NCBI GenBank assembly: GCA_038087875.1
Contig: CM075991.1
Span: forward strand, 13,642,001 to 13,706,000
Length of the DNA: 64,000 nucleotides
Reading direction: 5' to 3'
Source of the DNA: Malacoraja senta
Taxonomy: Eukaryota
The translations under genes and the position numbers were made by a program. Positions 63,861 through 64,000 of the stretch are shown in pieces (within the stretch, counting starts at the first letter, position 1; every line of letters begins with the position of its first letter). The notes under the pieces were generated by a model. It searched no databases and was not told the origin of the DNA. It saw only the letters and a list, made by a program, of their open reading frames with translations.

Positions 63861-64000
63861 TTAGGGTTTAGGGGGGTTAGGGTTTAGGGGGTTAGGGTTT
63901 AGGGGGGTTAGGGTTTAGGGGGGTTAGGGTTTAGGGGGGTTAGGGTTTAGAGGGGTTAGGGTTTAGAGGGGTTAGGGTTTAGAGGGGTTAGGGTTTAGAG
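63861..64000 (+). repeat. Telomere-like satellite zones C/D: TTAGGGTTTAGGGGGG then TTAGGGTTTAGAGGGG
   Basis: The ~16-bp period is retained and TCG is replaced by GGG; the tract runs off the window end. Confidence 0.9.

Overview
Repeat-dominated, gene-poor eukaryotic DNA that looks like the distal end of a vertebrate chromosome arm. The CR1 LINE, tRNA-SINE and Penelope-like repeat families suggest a cartilaginous fish, probably a skate or ray (inference). No host protein-coding gene is supportable. Layout: (1) 1-26.6 kb holds CR1 fragments, SINEs, minisatellites, a THAP-bearing DNA-transposon foldback, a TATA/CCAAT promoter with a first-exon donor at ~4.7-4.85 kb, and one full-length, nearly intact CR1 (14452-19079, minus strand). 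(2) ~26.7-58.0 kb is a tandem array of about 13 monomers of ~1.84 kb. Each has a large internal inverted repeat and a 44-nt AG/GT-bounded exon-like cassette. Distally the array forms a dimer/tetramer higher-order repeat, and older diverged copies lie at 11-21 kb. (3) From 57990 to the window end is a 6-kb G-rich telomere-like array with a non-canonical 16-bp unit, arranged in zones: TTAGGGTTTAGAGTCG, then TTAGGGTTTAGGGTCG, then TTAGGGTTTAGGGGGG/AGAGGGG. The strongest candidates for an undescribed system are the zoned 16-bp telomeric repeat and a putative spliced non-coding transcript built from repeated exon+hairpin units and oriented toward the telomere.
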